Below are positions 55,177 through 64,000 of a DNA stretch of 64,000 nucleotides, piece by piece. The notes below the pieces were generated by a model. That model was given only the letters and a program-made list of their open reading frames with translations, did no database searches and was not told the origin of the DNA. Source of the DNA: a virus; IMG/VR virus record IMGVR_UViG_3300027763_000037, positions 1 to 64,000 of that record; one strand, given 5' to 3'. Positions within the stretch are counted from its first letter, which is position 1; every line of letters begins with the position of its first letter. The translations under genes and the position numbers were made by a program.

Positions 55177-55838
55177 TATACTTCTTCCAATGTAACAGAT
55201 ACATTCCAGTAGTCAAAGTTTTTTCCACGCTTTTCTACTGTGTAAGAAAAATCTGAAAAAAACATTTCAACTAGTTGGCTATATTGTGGTAAGTGTGCAT
55301 ATTTATTTATGCTTGGCTGACCAACATTGTTAAAGTTAGAGTACTTGTCATATGCTAAGAATACCCAGAAAGATCCTTTATGGTTATCATACCAATCAAG
55401 CATTTCAACTCCACCTGCACCAGCATCAGTTGTAAACTGTAGTGGCTGATCTTTATTTCCAACTAGATCAGTAGTAGCCAAACCAGTAGTTATATTAAAG
55501 TCTGGAGAATCTAAGAATGATCTTGAAGGTATCATGTTCCAAGATGTAGATATAGTTAATTTGTCTGCAATATGATAAGACCTTGTTCTTCCATTTATCA
55601 TTCTTTCTTTCTTTTCAATTCTTGTTGTTTTAAAATCTATTGGGCCTCTATTATCATCTGTCAATATTAAAAAGTTATCATACTGGCGTGAGTCTGTTAC
55701 ATCTCCATGCAAGGAGTCTACCTCTAGGCCATTTGGAATATAAACTCCATTGCTTAGGGTTCCAGAATTCTCTGACCATAGCATAGCCTGTGGTCTGTTG
55801 TAGTACTTTCTGCCTAGCATATAGGATGATGATGCCAT
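55176..55838 (-). CDS. Distal tail-like protein
   Basis: Immediately after TMP; RMING..RSYHIADK, ends LEEV. Confidence 0.7.
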   Translation of the reverse strand: MASSSYMLGRKYYNRPQAMLWSENSGTLSNGVYIPNGLEVDSLHGDVTDSRQYDNFLILTDDNRGPIDFKTTRIEKKERMINGRTRSYHIADKLTISTSWNMIPSRSFLDSPDFNITTGLATTDLVGNKDQPLQFTTDAGAGGVEMLDWYDNHKGSFWVFLAYDKYSNFNNVGQPSINKYAHLPQYSQLVEMFFSDFSYTVEKRGKNFDYWNVSVTLEEV

Positions 55839-58800
55839 TATAATCTATTCCCCCGAATTTTCTGTGCATCAATGCCCTTTATCTGAGCAATGACTGTCTT
55901 TGCAATTTCATCTGGATTTGAGTCAGATTTAACATTTACATTGATGCTATAATTATACACTGAATCCCCAATAGAATCTCCATTATTTATTGCCTTCATT
56001 CTATCAACTCCATAAGAATCAACGGCATATTTACTCATTACAAACTCTCCTGGGGTTAGCATTGCTGGGACAGTGTCTGTTCCTACTGAGAATCCACCAT
56101 TTAGGAATCTTGCAACATCAATAAATCCACCACTTGAGAGTTTTACTGGTCTACCTTTTGGATACTTTGCAGTAATTCTATTCATTGCTGCATTTGCTAG
56201 GCCATTATCTCCATCGGCACGGAGTCTTGCTACTCCTGCCATAAGAGCATCGTAATCCGCTTGGGCTGCTGCAAGAGCATTTGCTGCTGCTTCTGCATTT
56301 GCTGCTGAAGTTGCTGCAACTGCATTTGCTCTCATGTTTGCTTCTGCTGCAGAATCTGTGCTGCCATTTGTGTCTTCCCCAGCATATCCCTTAACCCAAC
56401 CATTGGTATCGCTCCAGCCATAATCTCCTACAGGCTTGGTTGGCTTCTTCCATCCACCTTTACCGTCAGAAATCCATGCTTTGCCAGGCTGTGGTGTTGG
56501 CGTGTCAGTTGGTGTTGGTGTAGGGGCTGTAACAGTTGTTGTAGTAGCCACTGTGTTAACATAAACAGTCTTATATTCTTTTGTAAATATTTCAATAGTT
56601 TTCGAAGATGGTAAAAGATTAATGTCTCTAAGAATATCTGCCATAGACTTTGCGCCCTTTGCAGTAGACTCTGCAATTGCTGCGATAGCGTCCTTCATTC
56701 TCTTTTCCATAGCCTCAGCAGTTGCTTCTGCTGCTAATTGAATTCTTTCCCAATCATCTGCTGTAAGTCCAGCAAAAGTTTCTACATCATCAAGTTCTGC
56801 ATTGATGGCAATAAGCGCTGCTTCTTGTATAGCAAGAGATGCATCTTGTTCTGCCAATGCTGTTACAATTGCTTGCTGTGCATCCATTTCTGCCTGGACT
56901 GCTTTAAGTTCCGCTTCTTTTGCTAACTTTGCTGCTGCGATTGCTGCCTGACGGGCAGGTTCAAGGTCATCTTGCTCTTTTCTTAGTTTGGCAAGTCCAT
57001 TTTCAAGATCTAATTTTTCTTTTGCTATTGCCTGTTCTAGTATAAGTCTTTGTGGATTATTTTCTAATGCATAAATTTGTTCTGAAATAACGTATTGCTC
57101 TTCAAGAATTTGGCTTCTTGTTTTTCCATCTTTGTTTGTTAGAGCATTAACATCATTTTCTCTTGACTGATTAAGTCCGTCCATCTGTGCATTACCAAAG
57201 TCTGCAGCATTAGCAGAACGAATATCTTGAACGGCTGCTGCTGCAGCAGAAATATCTCCAGATGATAAAGCGTCTGCCAAACCTAGTTGTTGTTGCTGCT
57301 CTCTTGATATTCTTTCGTTAATAGATAATACATTTTGTAATGCTTCTGCTTGAAGGTCGTACTTTTTATTTATGTCTTCTGCTGCTTTATCGATTAAAGA
57401 TAGGTCATGGCTAAGAACATTTGACTGATCTTGATATTTTTTAATTGGGTCATCAAAGTCTTTCTTTATTTGATCTTCTTTATCAGAGATAGACTTGTCA
57501 GCGTCTTTCTGAAGTTTGTTAATTCTGTCTTGCACATCTTTTTCTTTATCATCATATTCTTTATTAACTGCATCAACAGCATCATTCATAGACTTACTAA
57601 TGTTATCAAACTTTGTTTGGATCTGTGCCATATTTGCATTAGCAACATTCATTTGTGAGGCAACTAAAGATCTTTCTTTTCCAACACTTGCCTGTGTTTT
57701 ATTTCCAAGCAATTTAGTTAACGATTCTGATGTATAAGCCTTTTTTGTTGCAGGGTCAATCATCTTTGCTGCTACATTTGCTATAGCCTTTGCTCCAACG
57801 TTTTCTCCACCGTATGTAGTTCCATCTGGCCTTGTACCCTTTTCACTTACGTAGGCTCCAAGTTCTGATCCAGTCATTCGTGATCTTAGTCTTGATTTTA
57901 TTCCAAGGGCTTCTTGAGCAGCAGATGCACCACCCATAATAATTTCTGATACTGTTTTTGTAATGTTTACCTTAATATCTGAATTCTTTTTAATTTCATT
58001 TAAAGAATCAACTACATCTTGTAGTGATGCATTTGCACCAGCAGTCTTATTTTTAACTGCATCCATTGCTGCAAGTAGGGTGCTGAGTTGTTCTGGATCT
58101 CCAAGGGCATCTGTCATTGCTCCTTCTGATATTCCACGAGACAAACCAGATGATGCAAGAAATGCCTGAAGTTCTTGTCTTCTTGCCATATCTGCATTTT
58201 CTTGTCTTGCTCTTGCTCCTTGAGAAACTATGTTGTTAATCTTGTCTCTTGTGTCTGCTTGAACAGCAAGAGCATTGTTAATCTTGAGTTCTTCGTCTGT
58301 AATTTGACCTGTTGCAATTGCAGTTGTGTATGCCTCATCACTTAATACTCTTTGGATTTGAGTATTAGTCATTCCCAGTGCCGCTAATTTCTTCATAACA
58401 ATTGACTGCTGATCAAAGTTTCTGATTGTCTGAATTTGTGCTACATTGAAGTCACCAATAATTGCTTTGTTAAATCCAGCCGCAACTTCTTTTCCAGCCT
58501 TATTTAGGACAAGATCTCCAACCTTAGCGCCATCCTTTAATAATTTTTTACCTTTAGGATCGTTTGGATCAATTACTCTGCCTTTATTCTTGCCACTCTT
58601 AACCTTTTTAGTTGCAACCTTGCCATATTTAGCCTGCTCTGTTTTGTCAAGACCAGTAAACCAGTCAATGAACTGTCCATTATAACCTTTAGTAGGATCT
58701 GTTGCCTGAGTAGGCTTGCCAGATTTCATACCCATTAGTTGTTGTTGTATACCGTTAAATTTATTACCAATTTGTCCACCAGACACAGCCTTAAACAAAG

Positions 58801-61800
58801 CCTTAATTCCACCTTCAGCATCAATTGCTGCAAGTCGAACATTCTTAAGTCTTGTCATCAAGTCATCAATTGGGGTTGCTGCTCGTTCTGCTTTTTCTTT
58901 TAGTGGATCAACACCAGGAATTTTTGGACCAGCATTTGCTCCCTTAGCATTTCCTACGTTCCAGGCTTGTGCTGCTACGCCATAAGTTTTATTAATAAAT
59001 TCTCTTGGCATTCCTGCAGTGTTTATGCCTTTTGCAGCAAGATATGCATCAATAACATTTGAATCTCCAGAAGCAACAAAGTCCATCATCATAGTTGTTG
59101 TTATTTGTGTTCCATCTGCTCCAACAAGCATATTCCATTGAGCAAGAATATCTTTCATTGTTTGATCGCCTGCATCTGCTTTTTGCTGAACCTCAAGTTT
59201 TGTTAAAATTGTTTTTGGCTTTCCATTTGGACCAGTTATTTTATCAAGTGTCTTTTTAAATGCTGCAACTTTTTTAATTTTGTTGATACCATCAACGTTC
59301 ATATCAACAGTAGTTCCGTACTTAGCCTTCATGTTAGAAAGAATATTTATTGCTTCTGTATTTTCTTTAATATTTGCTTTATTTTCTGGAGCAGAAATGT
59401 ACGCAACAGTTGTTTCTATTGTCGTATCTGTTGCTCCACCCTTCATAAGCATTTGCATAACAACATTTGCTTCTGCTGAACTTCCAGTAACTCCAACCAA
59501 TAGTTCAAAATTTGTAACAAATGTTTCACTATTTTCAGCAAGATCAGCCAACCTTATAGCAACAAATGGATCTATAGATCCTGCTCCAAGTTCTAGTTGA
59601 AGAACACTCTTAAAGGTACTATCTTTCATTCCTTCAAGTCTTGTTACAGAGTTATCAGCAAAAGTTTTCATAGCACTTGAAGAGTCTTTATATCTTTCTC
59701 CAACAGAAACCTTTACTGCATCATTAAAAGCAGTTGCACCTATAACATCTTTTTGTGCAACAAGTGTTTCTAGATTTGTTTTATTTTGAGCAGTTAAAAG
59801 TGCAAGATCTCTTGCTCTATCTTTTTCAATGATTGCTCTTTCTTTATCTGTTTTTGCCATTGATAACTTAATATCGTATTGCTTATTAAGAGCATCAATA
59901 GAATTATTTCCACTTTCAAGATTTGCGATAGCCATTTGAACTGCTGCTGAATCTAGTTTTGCTTTTTCTTGGCTTGCTTTGTTTGCATCCCACATGCCTT
60001 TAGCAAAAAGTCCAATAGATGCTACTGCTAATCCCCAGCCGACTGGGTTCCAGATATTTGCTGCAGCAAGTGCTGCTATTGATGTTGCTGCGACAACTGG
60101 TGCTGCTTTTAGTGCATTATTTGATGATAACTTTTCAGCAGAAAATCCACCTTTTGTTGCAACTGCGTTATCAAATGCAACCTTTTGCTGATCCATTGCA
60201 TTTTGTTGCAACTTTGCAATTACTATAAGAGGATCTTTAAGCAAATCTTGACCATTAGGACCAAGTAGTTCTGAAAGTTCTCCAGTAATTACTGCTGGAA
60301 TTGTATAACTTCCCAACTGCTCTCCAAGTGCTGAAGCAATACTTCTTGCCTGATCCATAGTAATAACGCCTTGAGTTATTGCAACTCCAAGTTGTGTTGC
60401 TATATTTTTTCCTATATCTTGTTGAGATGATCCATTTTTTGCTTGAACATTAATGTCTTCTAGAAGTGCTTTTCCTGGTGCAGAGGTTAAGTAAGTTTGT
60501 CCAGACTTTCTTGTTTCTGCATCAACACCAGACGCCATGTCTGCTCTTCGTTTATTTGCAGACTCAGTAGCACTTACTGTTTTTGTTATTTTAGAAATTT
60601 CTATAAGTTTATCTGTTGTCATGGACATAGAGTTACCTAAAGCAACACCTTCTTTTCTTGCATTGTCCATAGATTTTTTATAAAGCCATACTGCTCCAAC
60701 AACTGCCGTTAGGGCTACTGCTGCAGCCTGCCAAGGATTCATAAGCATTGGAAGCATTCCTGCTACTGCAGAGGCTGCAAACAATCCTGTTGTAACTTTT
60801 GCGTCTGCTCCTCCCATCATCGCACCCATTGCTACAGCACCAAGAGCACCAGCAGCAGGTCCTGCAACTTTGCCAACTCTTTCTTGTCTTGCTGCTAGAT
60901 TTAATTTACGGGTTTGCTTATTCTCTGCCTTTTGCTTTCTTGCTGCTGCTTCTTCTTCACGCTGTTTAGTTAGTTCAGCACGACGCTCACGATCTGCCCT
61001 ATTTTTTTCTTCATTGGCTCGCATCTCTGCAGTTCTTGCTGCTTTTGCTTCTGCTGCTGCTTTGTCTTGTGCTGCTTTAAGACTTGCTGCTCTTGCTTTT
61101 TCTTGTAATTTTTCATGGTCACGAAGAGCCTGTGCTAACTGTGCTTCTGTTGCACCAGCCTTTTGTAGTGCAACTCTTTTTTCAATCCAAGTATCGCCCT
61201 TAGCCTTACCACGAACACGCATTGTTTGTCTTGGCATATCTTTTTTAGGAACAACTGTTGTCCCTGCTGGCTGCTTAATAACTCTTGTATCATCTGCTGT
61301 TCCTCCAACTCTTTTTACCGTACCAGTTTTTGCTTTTCCAGAAGTTGGTTTTATTTCTTTTATTTTACCAGTTTTATTATCTCGAAGTCCTTCTCCAGGA
61401 GTAGCAAGAATAAATTCACCAGTTCTTTTGTTTAAACGTAAATCAATAAGTTGCTTATATTTTTTTATGTCATCGTAAAAAGTCTTGCCTTTTCCAGTTC
61501 TTTCATCTAGAATAAACTTTGCTGCTTCGGCTGCATACTTTGTTTCTGGGTTGATCATTCCAGACAATCCTGGTGGTGCTTTTTTAGTTTCTAGAAGTGC
61601 ATGGGCTTTTAATTCTAACTCTGCTGCTTTAGAAACCAGCATTGCTTCTTGTGCTGTAACTGGATGTCTTCCAGTAGCAAGGAATCTTGCAGCAGCGTTA
61701 TACTCTCCACTATTTGTACCTAAAAGATTTCCATATTTCTTGTCCCAGGCTATTAAATTTGATGTTCTTTTTTCGGTTAAATAGTTGTTTACTGCACCTA

Positions 61801-64000
61801 AATCACCAAAAGCGTAACCCTTATTCCATTTCTCTGCAGCCCTTGCAATTGAACTTTGTCCCTTTTCTGCTTTTCCTGGTTCTACGTGTGCTGCTTCCAT
61901 TTGAACAAGTCTTGCTATTTTTCCAGAATCTAGGTTTGGATACTTCTCTTGCATATAAGCCTTTAACTTAGAAACTTCTCCTTGTGCTCCAAGGGCTTTG
62001 TTCTTTGCTTCTGTCTCTGCTAATACTGCCTTATACTCTTTGTACCCTTCAATATTATTAGATTTAAATCCACCAGCAGCCTTTGTTGGTCCACCAATTG
62101 TTAATCGCTCTTTTAATTTACTCCAGTTAGCAAACGATCCATCTGATACTCTCTTACCCTTTTGAGAATCAATATCAAAAAGATACCTCATACTTTGTTT
62201 TAGATGATCAACAGTTGCGCCTTTTTCTCCTTTACGACCAGTAAAGATTAGTCCATCTGGGCCTTGAACTGTTTGGGCTGCCAAGTTCTTAAGGAATAGT
62301 GGTTTCTTTTTTCTCCAGGCTTCTCTTGTTTTTTCTGTAATTTCTGGGCTACGAACAAGGTCGTCCATATATCTTTCAATGTCAACAACGTGTGGAGGCA
62401 TAGCCTTTGCTTGTGTTGGGCCATCTGGAATAACTCCAGCCATGCGACCACTTACCCAAAAATCTTGATTAGCGTGTCCTGACTGTCTCTTTTTTAATTG
62501 TTGCTCTTCAAACTTTTTAATAATCTGTGCTGCTGTTGCTTGCTTTGGTGTTGAAGGTTTGACTGCAGAATGAACTGCGTGATATTGTGACCAATCAACC
62601 TTTAGACCCTCTTCAAGTCTTTTGATCATTCCATTGTAGACAACTTTTTCATCTTTATTTAATGAGAACCCCTTTACGGTTTGTCTTAGTTTTGGAAGAA
62701 CTGTTTCAATCTCTTTTCGCATTGCAGTGTTATATTCTGCTGCGGTCATACCCTTTGGAATTGGTAATGTTGATTCAGCAAAGAACCTTCTTGCCCCACC
62801 CTTTTCTCCCAACAGATTAATATTGGCCATCTTTTCCATTGAAAGCATATCTTTTGGTTTTGCATAATCTCTTAAACCAGAAGCCATCTTAAATACTCCA
62901 GCAGTTCCTACATCTGCAAGTTTGTTACCAGATAGGTTTCCTCCGTGTAAATCTTTGTCTCCTCTTAGATTTGCTGCTACTAACTGTTTAAAATATTCAT
63001 CCTTGCTAAACTTACCACCCATATTCTTTTCAGCAAATTTAGGATCAAATGGGGATTCAAGAACAATAATTTTTCTTTTTCCAGAAGGATCTAAGGGATC
63101 ACGCATTGTTCTGACAGTTTGTACTGGTGTATCAAGACCGTGTGCTTGTCTTGCTATTATGGTTGCTCTTTGTTCTGCAAGGGCAGCCTTTTCGTCCATC
63201 ATTGGTTTTACAAATACTTTATCTCCATTTGGCTTTTGATACATACCGCCAATACCAGGAACTGGGAAACTTCTTCCAGATGAGTCTGCAATTTTTCTAC
63301 CAAAGTCAGTTGGGGCCATTGATCCAAATCTACTATTTTTTGCTGCTTCTGCAACTTGCTTTAGTGTTAACTCTTGCTGCATTCTCTTTGTTACTGCATC
63401 AAAAGACTTTGGCATTCCTAAAAATAGTGGTTGAGAAGAAGATTGAGATTTTCTATATGCATCAATTTGTGGTTTAATCCAAGGGTACCTTGCTAAATTT
63501 CTTTCATGTTGTGCTTGGCGTCTTGCATCTTGTGCTTTTCTCAGTGACTCTAGTTGAGGAGATAGCGGTTTTACTTGAGGCCCTAGTTTTGCTGCTGGCA
63601 ACTTTCCAGCCATATGTCCTGGAACACTATCGGTAAATATTGCCTTAAGAAGTCCATGATGCTTTTCAGTTAACTTTGCTGGAATAACTGCTTCACCTGG
63701 AGCAAGCATTGCTGGTTGAATATCTCCAGCACCCTTTGGTCCTGGAACTGTTAGAACTCCGTCTTTATACTTTCTTATTTTTAGTCCAGCCTTGGCTGCA
63801 TTTGCTCCTGCTTTGCCACCTGTAAAAAGTCCAGGGCTTGATGCTGCAAGAGTTCTTGCTTGGGATGCTGCTGTCTGATAAGCCCTTCCAAGTGATTCTA
63901 CAGATGCTCTTTCTACTCCAAATACCTGAATAAGTTTTTGGTGAGCACCGTGAAGTGCGTTAGACTGTACTGTATTTTCAAGTTGATCTTGAGTTAAATA
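55838..64000 (-). CDS. Tape measure protein with embedded cargo domains (5'-truncated, >2700 aa)
   Basis: Frame stays open to 64000; Ala-rich helices, two TM clusters, GTDTVPAMLTPGEFV motif near the C-terminus, position before tail genes. Confidence 0.88.
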   Translation of the reverse strand, partial: YLTQDQLENTVQSNALHGAHQKLIQVFGVERASVESLGRAYQTAASQARTLAASSPGLFTGGKAGANAAKAGLKIRKYKDGVLTVPGPKGAGDIQPAMLAPGEAVIPAKLTEKHHGLLKAIFTDSVPGHMAGKLPAAKLGPQVKPLSPQLESLRKAQDARRQAQHERNLARYPWIKPQIDAYRKSQSSSQPLFLGMPKSFDAVTKRMQQELTLKQVAEAAKNSRFGSMAPTDFGRKIADSSGRSFPVPGIGGMYQKPNGDKVFVKPMMDEKAALAEQRATIIARQAHGLDTPVQTVRTMRDPLDPSGKRKIIVLESPFDPKFAEKNMGGKFSKDEYFKQLVAANLRGDKDLHGGNLSGNKLADVGTAGVFKMASGLRDYAKPKDMLSMEKMANINLLGEKGGARRFFAESTLPIPKGMTAAEYNTAMRKEIETVLPKLRQTVKGFSLNKDEKVVYNGMIKRLEEGLKVDWSQYHAVHSAVKPSTPKQATAAQIIKKFEEQQLKKRQSGHANQDFWVSGRMAGVIPDGPTQAKAMPPHVVDIERYMDDLVRSPEITEKTREAWRKKKPLFLKNLAAQTVQGPDGLIFTGRKGEKGATVDHLKQSMRYLFDIDSQKGKRVSDGSFANWSKLKERLTIGGPTKAAGGFKSNNIEGYKEYKAVLAETEAKNKALGAQGEVSKLKAYMQEKYPNLDSGKIARLVQMEAAHVEPGKAEKGQSSIARAAEKWNKGYAFGDLGAVNNYLTEKRTSNLIAWDKKYGNLLGTNSGEYNAAARFLATGRHPVTAQEAMLVSKAAELELKAHALLETKKAPPGLSGMINPETKYAAEAAKFILDERTGKGKTFYDDIKKYKQLIDLRLNKRTGEFILATPGEGLRDNKTGKIKEIKPTSGKAKTGTVKRVGGTADDTRVIKQPAGTTVVPKKDMPRQTMRVRGKAKGDTWIEKRVALQKAGATEAQLAQALRDHEKLQEKARAASLKAAQDKAAAEAKAARTAEMRANEEKNRADRERRAELTKQREEEAAARKQKAENKQTRKLNLAARQERVGKVAGPAAGALGAVAMGAMMGGADAKVTTGLFAASAVAGMLPMLMNPWQAAAVALTAVVGAVWLYKKSMDNARKEGVALGNSMSMTTDKLIEISKITKTVSATESANKRRADMASGVDAETRKSGQTYLTSAPGKALLEDINVQAKNGSSQQDIGKNIATQLGVAITQGVITMDQARSIASALGEQLGSYTIPAVITGELSELLGPNGQDLLKDPLIVIAKLQQNAMDQQKVAFDNAVATKGGFSAEKLSSNNALKAAPVVAATSIAALAAANIWNPVGWGLAVASIGLFAKGMWDANKASQEKAKLDSAAVQMAIANLESGNNSIDALNKQYDIKLSMAKTDKERAIIEKDRARDLALLTAQNKTNLETLVAQKDVIGATAFNDAVKVSVGERYKDSSSAMKTFADNSVTRLEGMKDSTFKSVLQLELGAGSIDPFVAIRLADLAENSETFVTNFELLVGVTGSSAEANVVMQMLMKGGATDTTIETTVAYISAPENKANIKENTEAINILSNMKAKYGTTVDMNVDGINKIKKVAAFKKTLDKITGPNGKPKTILTKLEVQQKADAGDQTMKDILAQWNMLVGADGTQITTTMMMDFVASGDSNVIDAYLAAKGINTAGMPREFINKTYGVAAQAWNVGNAKGANAGPKIPGVDPLKEKAERAATPIDDLMTRLKNVRLAAIDAEGGIKALFKAVSGGQIGNKFNGIQQQLMGMKSGKPTQATDPTKGYNGQFIDWFTGLDKTEQAKYGKVATKKVKSGKNKGRVIDPNDPKGKKLLKDGAKVGDLVLNKAGKEVAAGFNKAIIGDFNVAQIQTIRNFDQQSIVMKKLAALGMTNTQIQRVLSDEAYTTAIATGQITDEELKINNALAVQADTRDKINNIVSQGARARQENADMARRQELQAFLASSGLSRGISEGAMTDALGDPEQLSTLLAAMDAVKNKTAGANASLQDVVDSLNEIKKNSDIKVNITKTVSEIIMGGASAAQEALGIKSRLRSRMTGSELGAYVSEKGTRPDGTTYGGENVGAKAIANVAAKMIDPATKKAYTSESLTKLLGNKTQASVGKERSLVASQMNVANANMAQIQTKFDNISKSMNDAVDAVNKEYDDKEKDVQDRINKLQKDADKSISDKEDQIKKDFDDPIKKYQDQSNVLSHDLSLIDKAAEDINKKYDLQAEALQNVLSINERISREQQQQLGLADALSSGDISAAAAAVQDIRSANAADFGNAQMDGLNQSRENDVNALTNKDGKTRSQILEEQYVISEQIYALENNPQRLILEQAIAKEKLDLENGLAKLRKEQDDLEPARQAAIAAAKLAKEAELKAVQAEMDAQQAIVTALAEQDASLAIQEAALIAINAELDDVETFAGLTADDWERIQLAAEATAEAMEKRMKDAIAAIAESTAKGAKSMADILRDINLLPSSKTIEIFTKEYKTVYVNTVATTTTVTAPTPTPTDTPTPQPGKAWISDGKGGWKKPTKPVGDYGWSDTNGWVKGYAGEDTNGSTDSAAEANMRANAVAATSAANAEAAANALAAAQADYDALMAGVARLRADGDNGLANAAMNRITAKYPKGRPVKLSSGGFIDVARFLNGGFSVGTDTVPAMLTPGEFVMSKYAVDSYGVDRMKAINNGDSIGDSVYNYSINVNVKSDSNPDEIAKTVIAQIKGIDAQKIRGNRL

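Noticed and set aside
1-64000. Stop-codon recoding, or prophage boundaries/integrase
   Set aside because: Standard-code ORFs tile the window densely, there is no suppressor tRNA, and no integrase, att site or host housekeeping flank is seen

Overview
This 64-kb window is an AT-rich segment of a large tailed (siphovirus-like) phage genome. The host is most likely a freshwater actinobacterium, judged from WhiB, leaderless promoters and a secreted protease with an acI/Nanopelagicales-type C-terminal module. The right half (about 32.3-64 kb, minus strand) is core: partial tape-measure protein (TMP), tail genes, DnaB, primase, SSB, DnaE, RecA, two resolvases, a Cas4-like exonuclease and terminase. 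The left half (1-32 kb) is accessory: 3 tRNAs, Hsp20, a CHAP endolysin, surface proteins and most of a scattered set of about 20 tailoring enzymes. Across the window these are 3 sulfotransferases, an APS kinase-nucleotidyltransferase fusion, a NodU-type carbamoyltransferase, 4 SGNH-like paralogues, 2 Skp1/Gnt1-type glycosyltransferases, a GT11-like enzyme, 2 methyltransferases and 7 2OG-Fe(II) oxygenases. Best candidates for new biology: (1) unannotated Lys-rich micropeptides ending in (F)IY, translationally coupled to SGNH genes, suggesting a DltX-like tyrosine shuttle for carbamoyl/acyl groups within a phage glycan-decoration pathway; (2) a TMP carrying kinase-like and other cargo domains delimited by short repeated motifs; (3) a stand-alone structured ncRNA ending in a pseudoknot; (4) a ROSE-like thermometer on hsp20 and an AUU-initiated PA14 surface protein. 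All family assignments come from motif recognition by eye; no searches were run.
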